Assembly (NCBI GenBank): GCA_043816005.1
Contig: JBDRIM010000040.1
Coordinates: 1-45,345, forward strand
Direction of reading: 5' to 3'
Source of the DNA: Candidatus Micrarchaeota archaeon
GTDB taxonomy: Archaea > Micrarchaeota > Micrarchaeia > Anstonellales > Bilamarchaeaceae
DNA length: 45,345 nucleotides
Position 1 is the stretch's first letter. Each line of letters starts with the position of its first letter. A program made the translations under genes and the position numbers. Positions 17,382 to 27,777 of this stretch are shown in pieces. The notes under the pieces were generated by a model, which ran no database searches, was not told the DNA's origin, and saw nothing but the letters and a program-made list of their open reading frames with translations.

Positions 17382-18054
17382 AAGAACCCCTATTATCATT
17401 TCTTTGTTGTGGTCTGCGACCATACTCTCTTCTATTGTTTCCATAACTGCTTTGGCCACGATCTCCACTTTCATATCTTTCAAAGCGTTCACGAGTTGGA
17501 GGTGTTTCTCCTTCTGCAAGAGGAATTTTTTTGTAATCTTTCCACCCACAACCACCGCAAATGAAAACTTTTTCTTTGAGTTTCATATTCTGTCTGCAAC
17601 GCGGACAGAAAGCGCAAATAACACCACAATCATGATCAATCACGCTTATATCTATTCCTGATTTTGTAATTTTTTGAATCTTTGCCTTTAGTATATCTCC
17701 AATTCTCACTTCGTCTCTTATTTCTCTTACATATTCCCGTTTTATTGCGGTGACGGGTAACACAGCATCAAATGACAGTCCCCTACCGTTACCATTCACT
17801 TCGTCAGCAGACATACATGTCCCAATTGCTTTGTTAGGAGTTGCTTTTATGATGAGACAATAAATAATATCCCCAACTGCAGGTTTCTTGAGTGAACGAC
17901 CCTTGGTCTTGACTAACGCATGACCAGGAGAACTTTCATCCTCACCTATTGCCGCAGAATAAACTTCATCTTTTTCCGTATATGTATTCTCTCCCGGTTC
18001 AGCTTCTTCAGCACTTGAAAGATAATCCCCAGGTAGAACTAGTTTTTTGTTCAT
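17359..18054 (-). CDS. csl4: Exosome RNA-binding protein Csl4
   Basis: VLPGDYL..EE..PG, S1 domain RIGDILKAKI, CPRC..CGGCG zinc ribbon. Confidence 0.93.
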   Translation of the reverse strand: MNKKLVLPGDYLSSAEEAEPGENTYTEKDEVYSAAIGEDESSPGHALVKTKGRSLKKPAVGDIIYCLIIKATPNKAIGTCMSADEVNGNGRGLSFDAVLPVTAIKREYVREIRDEVRIGDILKAKIQKITKSGIDISVIDHDCGVICAFCPRCRQNMKLKEKVFICGGCGWKDYKKIPLAEGETPPTRERFERYESGDRGQSSYGNNRREYGRRPQQRNDNRGSYGRKTFG

Positions 18055-18135
18055 TCAAAACCTCTAATTAATCTTGTAATAAGGCTAAAGTAATGGAAAG
18101 AAGAATATAAAAAGTGATTTAAAGGAGGGAGATTG

Positions 18136-18158
18136 AAAAAGAACCGTAGGTTCTTTTT
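18136..18158. repeat. Perfect 10-bp inverted repeat in divergent promoter region
   Basis: AAAAAGAACC-GTA-GGTTCTTTTT. Confidence 0.8.
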
Positions 18159-18236
18159 AAATTGCTGCCATTTCACAGATTTCAGAACTTGCACATATAT
18201 TTAAATGCAAATGACGAGTAAAATTTGTAGATAAAA

Positions 18237-19478
18237 ATGAAAAGACCGATATTAGTGTTGTGCATTGACAGAGACAATGATCTTTACGAAAAGGCAAAAG
18301 TTAATGGACCGCTTATTGGCAGGGACAAGAACCTGGAAGGTGCAATGGCACTATCACTAGCAGACCCTGAAGACCCGGATTCAAATGCTATATACTATGC
18401 AGTCAAAGCCCACGATAAAATGAAAGCAGAGGGACATAACGTTGTTGTTGCCACACTTGCAGGACATAAGAACCTTGGATATAGAGCAGATAAAGAAATA
18501 AGCACTCAACTTGAGCGATTGATAATGGAATTTAATCCAGTTTCATGTATTCTTATTTCAGATGGTGCTTCTGATGAAGAGATATTACCAATAATAAAAT
18601 CACGGATAAAGGTTGACTCGACTAAAATTGTCTTCATAAAACAAGCAAAAGAACTAGAGAAAACTTATTTTGTCATACTTGAAAAACTACGTGATCCATA
18701 TTTTGCAAAAATAGCAATAGGCATACCGGCAGTCCTCATATTACTATTATCACTATCAAGCTATCTTGGGCTTGGCTGGCAAATAGTAGGAATGCTTATT
18801 GGATTGGCACTTTTGTTCAGAATATCTGGACTGGAGGAATTTATTAGTGGGGCAATACGAGAATTTCGTTTTTCATTTGAACGTACAAGTTGGGTGGGTT
18901 ATATAGGTGCACTAGCAATTTTCACAATAGCAATATTTGTTGGATATCAAAGTTTGCAAAAAGTAATTGGACTTGGATTGTCGAATGAAAAAATAGTAGC
19001 ATATGTTGTCGGAAATATGATTTGGATCATGTTTATGGGTATGCTCCTCATATTAACTGCAAAGACAATAGACGCACTTATGGAGAAAAAGAAGTATAGA
19101 ATAGCAAAATATATGCTTTACCTTGGTGCTGCAGGGCTTACGACTTTTGTCATACTTGTAGCTAGTAGTTGGGTAGTAAACTTAACTGAACCATATGTTG
19201 ATTTTGGAACATTTCTGTTGAGTATCGTATTATCACTCATAGTTGGATATTTCATAACCTCATTCGTAAACTGGTATAGAAAAGAAGTATTACTCGAAAT
19301 GAAAATAGAGGGTAAAGAAGCAATAACAGAGCATGGTGCATATATTGGAAAAATTGTTGGGATAGACCCGAAAAAAGGGAAACTTATCATACAAACTGTA
19401 TTTGAAAAAAGATATATGATTTCAATCTCGGCAGTAAGTTCAGTAGACACGAATGTGGTACTGAAATCTGAAGAATGA
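18237..19478 (+). CDS. DUF373-family membrane protein with C-terminal PRC-barrel-like domain
   Basis: LVLCIDRDND, DPEDPDSN, SDGASDE, KQAKELEKTY; several TM helices. Confidence 0.88.
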   Translation: MKRPILVLCIDRDNDLYEKAKVNGPLIGRDKNLEGAMALSLADPEDPDSNAIYYAVKAHDKMKAEGHNVVVATLAGHKNLGYRADKEISTQLERLIMEFNPVSCILISDGASDEEILPIIKSRIKVDSTKIVFIKQAKELEKTYFVILEKLRDPYFAKIAIGIPAVLILLLSLSSYLGLGWQIVGMLIGLALLFRISGLEEFISGAIREFRFSFERTSWVGYIGALAIFTIAIFVGYQSLQKVIGLGLSNEKIVAYVVGNMIWIMFMGMLLILTAKTIDALMEKKKYRIAKYMLYLGAAGLTTFVILVASSWVVNLTEPYVDFGTFLLSIVLSLIVGYFITSFVNWYRKEVLLEMKIEGKEAITEHGAYIGKIVGIDPKKGKLIIQTVFEKRYMISISAVSSVDTNVVLKSEE

Positions 19479-19498
19479 CAGATGACACGACGATTGGA

Positions 19499-19999
19499 TT
19501 AAACATGCTCCATGTCAATATGCATAACCCCGTACATATCAAACGGTTCGGATGTTTCCTTAAAACCACATTTTAAATAGAAATTTTTTGAACGAAGTTG
19601 GCTTCGCAGCCAGATTTTTTTTGGATTTTTATTTGAAATGTAGTTAAGTAGATGATTTATCAGACCGTTACCAACGCCTTTGGTTCTGTATTCTTTCATC
19701 ACTGCCATTCGTTCAATTTTATATTCGTTTTTTGATATTTCGCGAACCCTTACAGTGGCAATAATTTTTTCATTGTCCAACGCAATGAAGTGTTCGGAGT
19801 ACTTATCATCTTCATCTGGTTCCCAACCAGGGTTGAATTTTTGTTCGATGATAAAAACATTCACACGTAATCTAATGGAATCGATAAATTCCGAGATAGA
19901 TTCGATTTTTTTGTAGATAATGGAGATACAACCAACTCTGAGATGGATTAATGTGATTGACTTTTTATTTTCTTCAAAAGAATCTTTTTTGCTGCACAA
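19499..19999 (-). CDS. GNAT family N-acetyltransferase (ElaA/YjcF-like); start uncertain
   Basis: LRVNVFIIEQ, IERMAV..EYRTKGVG, FYLKCGF, HIDM. Confidence 0.9.
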   Translation of the reverse strand: MCSKKDSFEENKKSITLIHLRVGCISIIYKKIESISEFIDSIRLRVNVFIIEQKFNPGWEPDEDDKYSEHFIALDNEKIIATVRVREISKNEYKIERMAVMKEYRTKGVGNGLINHLLNYISNKNPKKIWLRSQLRSKNFYLKCGFKETSEPFDMYGVMHIDMEHV

Positions 20000-22900
20000 T
20001 TAAAAAGTGCATGCTCAAGCACCTGACACAAGTCATTTACTTCGATAATCTCGATGTTTTTATTTTGTTTTACTCTTATATAAACATCCTGTGCATTGGC
20101 CTGTGGTATAAGCACTTTTTTTATTCCTGCTTCTATTGCAGCTTCTATTTTGGATGTGATGCCACCAACAGGGAGAACTCGTCCACGAACATCCAAAGAT
20201 CCCGTCATAGCAACCCCCTGATTAACAGGGATATTAGCTAATGCTGAAATCACAGCAACTGCAGTTGAGATTGATGCACTATCTCCTTCAACACCTTCGT
20301 ATGTTTGTAAGAATTGTATGTGAAGATCTTTTCTGGCTATTGTAGTTCCTATATATTTCTTGAAAATTGCAGAAACATTGTCAACTGCTTCTTTTGCAAT
20401 AACTCCGAGCTTGCCTGTTGCAATGACCCGCCCCTCGTTTTTTGATGCTGCTGGGGTTGCTTCTGCAACTATAGGAAGAACAAGGCCTGCCCTTGCATCG
20501 CCAAGAACTGCGAGGCCATTCACACGACCAACTTCAGCACCGGTGATTATTATAGTTTGATATTCTTTTTTATGTTCAATTATCTTGGCGCCAAGTTGGC
20601 TTTCTATAGATGATGATAACTTTCTTGCTTCGAAGATATCTTCTTTGGATACTAGTGATCTGTTTTTTTCTCTTGCGACATCACCCGCTGCACGAACAAG
20701 ACCGCCGAGTTCTCTAAGATTGAGTGTAAATCTTTTTCTTCTGCCTGACATTCTTCTTGCTTCCTCTATAATTTCAGATATAGCATATTCATCAAAATGA
20801 GGAATTTTTCCATCTCGTTTTATTTCTTGTGCAATGAATCTGACTAAATTTTCTTCGTTTTGTTTGGTATCTTCCATAGTATCTTCAACATAAACTTCGT
20901 ATCCTGCCCCTCTAATTCTAGAACGTAAAGCAGGGTGGATATGAGTAACATCTGGGAGATTTCCAGATGCAACAAGAACAAAATCTGTTGGGACGGGTTG
21001 TGTTTTGACAAGAGCACCTGAACTCATTTCACTTTGTCCTGTGATAGGATATCTTTTTTCTTGCATAGCAGTTAGAATTTCCTGTTGCCAGTTCATCTTC
21101 ATTGACGCAACTTCATCTATGAAAAGAACCCCTTTATTCGAATGATGTATTGCACCTGCTTCTACACGTAAATGTGCTGGTGTTCCAAGACCGCCTGAAT
21201 TGGATGATAAAATGCCATTTGCAAAAAGATTACCGGACTCTGTAGTGATATTATATACTGGCCCCGCATAATCGATAGTAGATTCATTGAAATTTATCTG
21301 TTCACCAGTAAGTATTTTTTGCAAAACAATTTGTGAAACGCGAAGCGTTGAATTGAGATATTTTTCACTTTTGCCTGCTGTGACAACTTTTGTGTGGGAA
21401 TTTTGTTTTCGCTCCGAAACATACCTGATAGAATCTTGAATTCTTTCTAATTTAGCGTTTGAGTAACGTATCGGTACTAAGGAATAAAATCTTGAAAGGT
21501 TTTCGATGTCAGTTGCAATCATCAACCTCCACACAAATTTACCCTCCCTAAATTCATTTTCATTAATATTTGCGGAGGTACGCACACCATGCGAGTTTAA
21601 GTAATTGGCAATTTCTTTTAGTACATAAAGTCGATTTTTCTTTAGTGTCATATTCCCTGCAAGTCCTACCGCAAATGATTGGATCTTCTTTTTACGTGGA
21701 CAGAAACGCGGACTGCATAGCTCATTGCCTAATAGTGCACCAAAAAATTCTGATTCTGCTTTGCTATTCAGATGAATCCACGAGGGAATTGTAACTTGTT
21801 TATTTTTTCTTCCTAGTGGTGCTCCAAGCGCCAGAAAGAATCTGACAACGTCACGATTAGTATTCCACACACACATACCGGTGTTGTTTATGCCACTTAT
21901 ACGCCTCTCGAAGTTCTGTCCAATGCCTTCACCGAATATTGCAATCAGATCCTGAGCATATTGATTAAGTGCATCCTCTTCTGATGATGATAAAAATATT
22001 GCATTGAGGGTTGAAAATACCCCACCATCACCAAATGTAGTGCCAAGAACACGAGCAACTATTAGTGCCAACGCGTGATTAGTGTAAAAAGGCAGAAGAC
22101 CAAGTTTTTCCAAACGTTCAATAGTGCGTACTGCATTTGGTTTATTACGCTTATTATTCCACCACCGTACCTGACCCGGAGCTGCACCCAATATCTTAGC
22201 TATTCTTTTGTAGCCAAACAACGGATTCGCTTCTTTGATTTTAACAAATTTGTAATAATTTTTAGCTGCTTTTTGATCTGTCTCTGAAAATGTATTAATA
22301 ATATGGTTCTGAGTTAAAATTGGAGCCCGGTGAATTTTGAATGATTCATTATCTGAGAGATGTTTTGCTTCTTTATACCTGTCTCCAACATAGATACGAT
22401 GCTCAGGTGTAACCAGTAAACGATTTGTCTTATACATCACTGCATGGAGTTTGCCATCATGCACTCTACGATTCACGCAGTTTATCCTAACAGACGTTAC
22501 CTCTCCGTCCTTATAACCAAGTACGAAAATATTCTCGTTTTTTGGCACGATTAAACCCTCGTACTTATCATCACGTTCTATTAAATCTGGATATTTGGCT
22601 AATAAATTATCAACGAGCAAATTTAGTTGAGTGGTTGTAATTTCGCCGTCTTTCATAGTACATATTGTAGTTGATGGAAAAAAACATTGCAAGGGATCGT
22701 GTTTTATGTCTCCAAGAAGTGATCCTGCACGTGAACTCGTACCATCAACAAATGGAGCAATGAATCTGTCACTGTTATCAACTATCAGTTTCGGACCTAT
22801 TTGTTCCATAACCATAAATCGCTTTCCTAAACCGGCAGTTGCATTTGAAACTATAAAGAGAAGTCCTAATCCTAGTACTGCAACAGTAATTAATAATTTG

Positions 22901-23415
22901 GCACTTTCTGGAACCTCGCTGCTGAACATCACTGCGAGCAATATAAGCCCCAATATCCCAATTATAAAAAAAGAAGACGGACCTTTTGTTTCTTCTTTTG
23001 GTTTCTGGTATTTGATAAGTCTGCGTCCAAGACCGTTCTTGAGTATTTTTGCAAGTTGAACCCTATCAGTAATACTTTTTATCTTGCTTAGTTCCAACGG
23101 CGTATAATATTTTAATAGGTCTTTGTTCTTTGATAAATACTCATAGGTAGGATATGTTTTTAGAACACGAATACGTGGTTGGTTCTCATTATTTGGATTT
23201 GGATATACGAGGACATCTTCGAGTTCTTCTTTTTCCATGAGTTCTGCCATTGCCTGTGCCATCATACTCTTACCAGTTCCAGGTGGCCCTATCAGAAGAA
23301 CATTGCGTTTTTGTCTCGCTGCCTTCTTAATTATATTAACAGATTTATCTTGCCCTATAATCTGATCTATGAGTTTCTCTGGAACAGAAATATCAGCCGT
23401 ACTTTTGAATTTCAT
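19948..23415 (-). CDS. lonB: Archaeal Lon protease LonB containing an intein (659 aa after splicing)
   Basis: GPPGTGKS, two TM helices, LFIDE, EGDSAS, TGS..PVGGITSKIEAA. Confidence 0.96.
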   Translation of the reverse strand: MKFKSTADISVPEKLIDQIIGQDKSVNIIKKAARQKRNVLLIGPPGTGKSMMAQAMAELMEKEELEDVLVYPNPNNENQPRIRVLKTYPTYEYLSKNKDLLKYYTPLELSKIKSITDRVQLAKILKNGLGRRLIKYQKPKEETKGPSSFFIIGILGLILLAVMFSSEVPESAKLLITVAVLGLGLLFIVSNATAGLGKRFMVMEQIGPKLIVDNSDRFIAPFVDGTSSRAGSLLGDIKHDPLQCFFPSTTICTMKDGEITTTQLNLLVDNLLAKYPDLIERDDKYEGLIVPKNENIFVLGYKDGEVTSVRINCVNRRVHDGKLHAVMYKTNRLLVTPEHRIYVGDRYKEAKHLSDNESFKIHRAPILTQNHIINTFSETDQKAAKNYYKFVKIKEANPLFGYKRIAKILGAAPGQVRWWNNKRNKPNAVRTIERLEKLGLLPFYTNHALALIVARVLGTTFGDGGVFSTLNAIFLSSSEEDALNQYAQDLIAIFGEGIGQNFERRISGINNTGMCVWNTNRDVVRFFLALGAPLGRKNKQVTIPSWIHLNSKAESEFFGALLGNELCSPRFCPRKKKIQSFAVGLAGNMTLKKNRLYVLKEIANYLNSHGVRTSANINENEFREGKFVWRLMIATDIENLSRFYSLVPIRYSNAKLERIQDSIRYVSERKQNSHTKVVTAGKSEKYLNSTLRVSQIVLQKILTGEQINFNESTIDYAGPVYNITTESGNLFANGILSSNSGGLGTPAHLRVEAGAIHHSNKGVLFIDEVASMKMNWQQEILTAMQEKRYPITGQSEMSSGALVKTQPVPTDFVLVASGNLPDVTHIHPALRSRIRGAGYEVYVEDTMEDTKQNEENLVRFIAQEIKRDGKIPHFDEYAISEIIEEARRMSGRRKRFTLNLRELGGLVRAAGDVAREKNRSLVSKEDIFEARKLSSSIESQLGAKIIEHKKEYQTIIITGAEVGRVNGLAVLGDARAGLVLPIVAEATPAASKNEGRVIATGKLGVIAKEAVDNVSAIFKKYIGTTIARKDLHIQFLQTYEGVEGDSASISTAVAVISALANIPVNQGVAMTGSLDVRGRVLPVGGITSKIEAAIEAGIKKVLIPQANAQDVYIRVKQNKNIEIIEVNDLCQVLEHALFNCAAKKILLKKIKSQSH
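21199..22686 (-). mobile_element. 496-aa intein with LAGLIDADG homing endonuclease
   Basis: HDPLQ|CFFPST...YNITTESGNLFANGILSSN|SGGLGTP; block B VTPEHRI; LGTTFGDG and FFGALLGNE helices. Confidence 0.94.
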
Positions 23416-23561
23416 CGTTTAATTCAAATAGGAGGAGGTATTTAAGCTTATACTCAACCACACAAATCTTTTCGATTTTTAATTGGAGTTTTTATCTCGA
23501 TTGGTTGGGGATATATGAGCCAAGTTTTCTTCTTGACTCGGTTTAATCTTGATTACGAAAA

Positions 23562-24782
23562 TTAAGAAATCACTTTGACATTTTTGAAGGCTATTCGTGG
23601 TGCAATTAATGACCCGTGAATTTTTTGCTTTAATTCAATAGCTTCGATATTTGCAAAGAGATCAAAGATGTTTGCACTCAGCATAAAACCTTTAAGTGGA
23701 TTTTTTTTACCATTTTCAACTAAAAATGCAGTACTAACTTCAAGACCAATATCTCCGCTCGTTAAATTGGCAGTGTGTGAACCATGTGCAGAGATAAGTT
23801 CGATATGTTTACCGAATTCCGCAAGATCTTTACAATTTCCTTTCTCGATTATAATATTTGATGATCCAATCCCAGGCAAAGAAGAATATGCGTCTCTAGA
23901 ACACTGCCCAGATTCAGACACATTTTCAAGTGCTGCAGTCTCGCGATCATAGAAAAATGAGTTTACTTTTCCTTTTTCAACAATTTTTTTTCGTTTAGAG
24001 GGGGTGCCCTCGTCATCAAACGGTCTTGCATCTGCAGCAGAAGCAAGACCATCTTCGTGGATTGAAAGTGTATCAGAAAACATTTTTGTTTTCGTTACTT
24101 TAGTAATACCTCTTCTTTTCCAATCTCCTGAAAAAGAAGATAAAAGTGGACCAAGTATACTTTCCAATGCTTCGATTTCAACAACAAGAAGGTAATTTCC
24201 ACTTTCTGGTTTCTTCGCACCGCGCATGTCCTTTGCCATGTTGGCTGCTTTTAAACCAATTTCTGATGCTAAAAGTTTACCGCCAGTTGAAGAATAATAG
24301 GCAAAACCAAAACCATCTCCATGCATGCACTCTGCGTATAGTGATAACATAGACTTTGAATATTCACCAAAAAAACCAGATGTATTTTCTATACTTACCG
24401 ATGATACTCCTAATGAATGAATAACCCTAGACCTACCACCATTTGATTCGGCTGCGTCTTTGGTTTCATCAACAACAGATTTCAGAGAAGAAAAATCAAC
24501 TGGATCTACAGATTTATCAAAAATATTAGGTGCAGTAAAAGAGGATTTTGGAGCAAATGAAAACTTACTTTTAACTGAGAATTTTGATGCTGTCTTGGCT
24601 TCTTCAATTGCCTTTTTAATATCTGATTCTTTTTGACAGTGACAAAAGCCAAGACGATCTTTGTTAAGAACGCGGACCCCATATCCATTGTCAGAATCAG
24701 TTTCTTTCGTTTTTAGTTCACCACCACTAAATGCTAGACTTGATGAGTTGGATGTAAATGAATAAATTTCATGTTCGTGCAT
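23562..24782 (-). CDS. TldD/PmbA family protein
   Basis: GYGVRV, PFDDEGTP, ANLTSGD, APRIAFKNV; start set at MHEHE. Confidence 0.92.
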   Translation of the reverse strand: MHEHEIYSFTSNSSSLAFSGGELKTKETDSDNGYGVRVLNKDRLGFCHCQKESDIKKAIEEAKTASKFSVKSKFSFAPKSSFTAPNIFDKSVDPVDFSSLKSVVDETKDAAESNGGRSRVIHSLGVSSVSIENTSGFFGEYSKSMLSLYAECMHGDGFGFAYYSSTGGKLLASEIGLKAANMAKDMRGAKKPESGNYLLVVEIEALESILGPLLSSFSGDWKRRGITKVTKTKMFSDTLSIHEDGLASAADARPFDDEGTPSKRKKIVEKGKVNSFFYDRETAALENVSESGQCSRDAYSSLPGIGSSNIIIEKGNCKDLAEFGKHIELISAHGSHTANLTSGDIGLEVSTAFLVENGKKNPLKGFMLSANIFDLFANIEAIELKQKIHGSLIAPRIAFKNVKVIS

Positions 24783-24814
24783 AAATTTGTTAATTATCAC
24801 GTGTAATTTAAATT

Positions 24815-25342
24815 ATGAGAGTTTTTGTTGCAATTCAAGTGCCAGATAATATAAAAAAGAAAGCAGAGTTAGTTGGACGTGAAATAGAACAAGAGGGAGT
24901 TGTACCTGTCAAACAGGAGAACATGCACATCACACTTAAGTTCATTGGAGATGTTGAACCTGAACAAGTTGAAATTATCAAAAAAAGATTGCAGAGTGTA
25001 GAACACAGAAAAATTGAGTGTAATTTGAACGGAGCTGGAGTTTTCCCGAATGAAAAATATGTGAAAGTTGTTTGGATTGGTGCTGAAAGTAATGGTGAAA
25101 TGGAAAAATTGGCAATAAAAATTCATGATGCACTAGCAGAGTATAGCAATGAAGAAAAATTTTCTGCTCACTTGACAATTGCTAGAGTAAAAAAGAAACT
25201 TGAGATAAAAGAATTTCTCGCAAAACATGATGATGAGAACTTTGGAAAAATAGCAGTTAAAAAATTTGAATTAATACAGAGTGTTTTAGGCGAAGTGGGT
25301 GGACCAAGGTATATAACATTGGCTAGTTTTAATTTGGATTGA
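24815..25342 (+). CDS. thpR: RNA 2',3'-cyclic phosphodiesterase (2H family)
   Basis: MRVFVAI, HITLKFIG, HLTIAR. Confidence 0.94.
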   Translation: MRVFVAIQVPDNIKKKAELVGREIEQEGVVPVKQENMHITLKFIGDVEPEQVEIIKKRLQSVEHRKIECNLNGAGVFPNEKYVKVVWIGAESNGEMEKLAIKIHDALAEYSNEEKFSAHLTIARVKKKLEIKEFLAKHDDENFGKIAVKKFELIQSVLGEVGGPRYITLASFNLD

Positions 25343-25361
25343 AAAAATTAAAAAATAAAAA

Positions 25362-26321
25362 TTAGTTAAGAAGGGCATCGATCACAGATTTAAGCTTGGT
25401 ATATTCTGGATTACCAAGTATAACATATGTCTTACCATCTGCACTTTTACCCCATTCATAGCCAATTGATTCTGCTGCTGCCTTGACCTTGGCTTCTGAG
25501 AATTTTGAAGAGTCAATTGCAACATAGAATGTTGGAGTACCAAGCCCTGCCTGAGCTGCTGGAACACCACTAGCAATTTGATTGGCCTTTGAAACCTGGC
25601 TACAATCAGCAGTCATTGCACTTATTTGCTGAACATAAGTATCAGCATCCAAACAACTGTCAAAAGCAGTAGTATCTAACCCAGAGATATTCTGTGCCAT
25701 TGCTTTCAAATTTGCTTTTGAATATTTGCCATTGTTTTCTTCGTTTGTCTGGTGTTCAAATATTGCATCGTGCATTTTGAAATACAAATTTTGTGTACCT
25801 GCACATAAAGCCGCATTTGATGAGTCAACTGATTCTTGGCCTAAGAATGCAACCGGGAAGTGTTTGAAGTTTACTTTACCAGTACCAACGTAGTCAGTTT
25901 CAAGTTTTTTGACTGTACCAATTATTGGTCCATATTGAGCTGCATAACCACTAGCCCATGGAGAACCATATGCCAAACCACAGAATGGGCACTGATAATC
26001 CGAAAATTCAAGCACTGTTATGCCTGATGTTGCACTCCCCATAGTTGGAGCACTTGAAGTAAGTGATGGAACTTCGAGGGTCAATACTGCATTTGGATTT
26101 GCAGGTGGATTAGTATTTCCTCCTTGAACATTCCCACTTGGATTGTTAGTTGGCGAGTTGTTTGTTGCTCCATTTTGAACTTGATCAACCGTATTTGCCT
26201 TAACAAGCCCAAAACCAGACGTAAATATAGATAGTAAAAGCAAACCTGCAAGCACTACTATAACAATTCCATAGAATGTGTCTTTACTAAGAGTTATCAT
26301 ATCATCTCCTTTCTCTCCCAA
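25362..26321 (-). CDS. Membrane-anchored DsbA/thioredoxin-fold protein
   Basis: N-terminal TM helix, EFSDYQCPFC, GTPTF. Confidence 0.9.
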   Translation of the reverse strand: MGEKGDDMITLSKDTFYGIVIVVLAGLLLLSIFTSGFGLVKANTVDQVQNGATNNSPTNNPSGNVQGGNTNPPANPNAVLTLEVPSLTSSAPTMGSATSGITVLEFSDYQCPFCGLAYGSPWASGYAAQYGPIIGTVKKLETDYVGTGKVNFKHFPVAFLGQESVDSSNAALCAGTQNLYFKMHDAIFEHQTNEENNGKYSKANLKAMAQNISGLDTTAFDSCLDADTYVQQISAMTADCSQVSKANQIASGVPAAQAGLGTPTFYVAIDSSKFSEAKVKAAAESIGYEWGKSADGKTYVILGNPEYTKLKSVIDALLN

Positions 26322-26522
26322 TTAATCACCTCTAGATATATTATAAATTATAGATTTAGACTTTCATAATCCAACTCTCAAATATTTAAAGCTTTGGAAT
26401 TGTTGCTATTAAAACCATAATTAGTACAATCAAAATTATTATAAGGGTTATAAGAATATTAACAATGGAAAATAGATGAAAACACATCTAACAGTATTTT
26501 CTGTAGAGAAACTGGTGATATT

Positions 26523-27212
26523 ATGACAACTCTTGATCGTGCGATAATCGCAAGTTATGAAAAAGAAGGAAAAAGATTTGAATTGTATGTTGATCCTGAT
26601 GCAGCATATGCATACTTAGATAAAAGAAAAACAGATGTAAAAAATATGATTGTGGCAGAAGAAGTTTATAGTGATGCTAAGAAAGCAGAAAAAGCAAAAC
26701 CATCTGACATAACAAAGGTTTTTGGTACAACCGATATAATGCTTATCCTTGAGTTCATTATGAAAAATGGTGAGGTACAACTCACAACAGAACAAAGAAA
26801 GAAAAAAGTCGAGGAAAAGAGAAAACAAATAATCGCAATACTATTGAGAGAAGCAATTGATCCAAGAACAAAAACACCCCATACTCAATTAAGAGTAGAG
26901 AATGCGCTTGACCAAGTTAGAATTCATGTTGATCCATTCAAGGACCCAAGAGAACAACTTGAAGAGGTTGTTAAAGCATTAAGACCTGTCTTGCCAATGA
27001 AATTTGAAAAAGTAAAATTTGCAGTCAAAGTACCTGCAGCTTTTGCACATAGAACATATGGGACTTTGAAGAATTATGGAATTGAAAAAGAAGAGTGGAC
27101 AAAAAACGGAGATCTTATTGTTGTTGTAGAAATATTTGGTGGCATGCAAGGAGAATTTTTAGATAAATTAAACAAACTTACATCAGGACAAATAGAAACA
27201 AAGTTACTTTGA
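26523..27212 (+). CDS. Ribosome maturation factor SBDS/Sdo1
   Basis: KRFELYVDP, VFGTTD, GEVQLTTEQR, DPRTKTPH. Confidence 0.95.
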   Translation: MTTLDRAIIASYEKEGKRFELYVDPDAAYAYLDKRKTDVKNMIVAEEVYSDAKKAEKAKPSDITKVFGTTDIMLILEFIMKNGEVQLTTEQRKKKVEEKRKQIIAILLREAIDPRTKTPHTQLRVENALDQVRIHVDPFKDPREQLEEVVKALRPVLPMKFEKVKFAVKVPAAFAHRTYGTLKNYGIEKEEWTKNGDLIVVVEIFGGMQGEFLDKLNKLTSGQIETKLL

Positions 27213-27217
27213 ACAAA

Positions 27218-27529
27218 CTAATGGTATGGTCCTTCGACCTGTTCTTGACCAGCTGTCATTTGTTTAAATCTACGAAATGCCTCGATTGCAGAATCCTTAA
27301 GTGGACCAGATGGTTTTGTCCAACTCAAACTATAAGTACCCCCAGCAACAGGAGTTGGATCTGCGATTATACCTAAAAGTTTACCTTCATGCATTGCAAA
27401 GATTCTTGGACCAAGCCTAAATGCAGTGGCTTCGACAGTGGATCTTAGAAAACGCTTTATCTTGACACGACCGATGATACCGTTTTTTGGAGCTTCTGGC
27501 ATAACACGGTTATGAAGACCATTATTCAT
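27218..27529 (-). CDS. Hypothetical orphan protein
   Basis: 103-aa ORF with TTTATAAA box about 25 bp upstream; antisense to the operon. Confidence 0.6.
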   Translation of the reverse strand: MNNGLHNRVMPEAPKNGIIGRVKIKRFLRSTVEATAFRLGPRIFAMHEGKLLGIIADPTPVAGGTYSLSWTKPSGPLKDSAIEAFRRFKQMTAGQEQVEGPYH

Positions 27530-27777
27530 GATAGTTTATGTTTAAGTATGTTTTATAAATAGTAACCATACACTATGAGAGTTATGGTGGAGGTTAAAAA
27601 TCTTTTCTTTCATATTTAGAGCTGATAGAGAAAATAGCAGATGCTAAATTCTAATAAAAGTGTCCCAGCTCTCGTGCACGATGTGGCCCAGAGAAGGACG
27701 ATCATAACCTTACCTACGAGATGTATTTAAGGAAGATTGGAACGGAGACCTTAGTTTCCTTTCAGAAGAGGGAAAAA

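Noticed and set aside
17382..17555. N-terminal extension of RpoL
   Set aside because: Lies inside csl4; similarity to Rpo11 starts at MDVKLL (17381)
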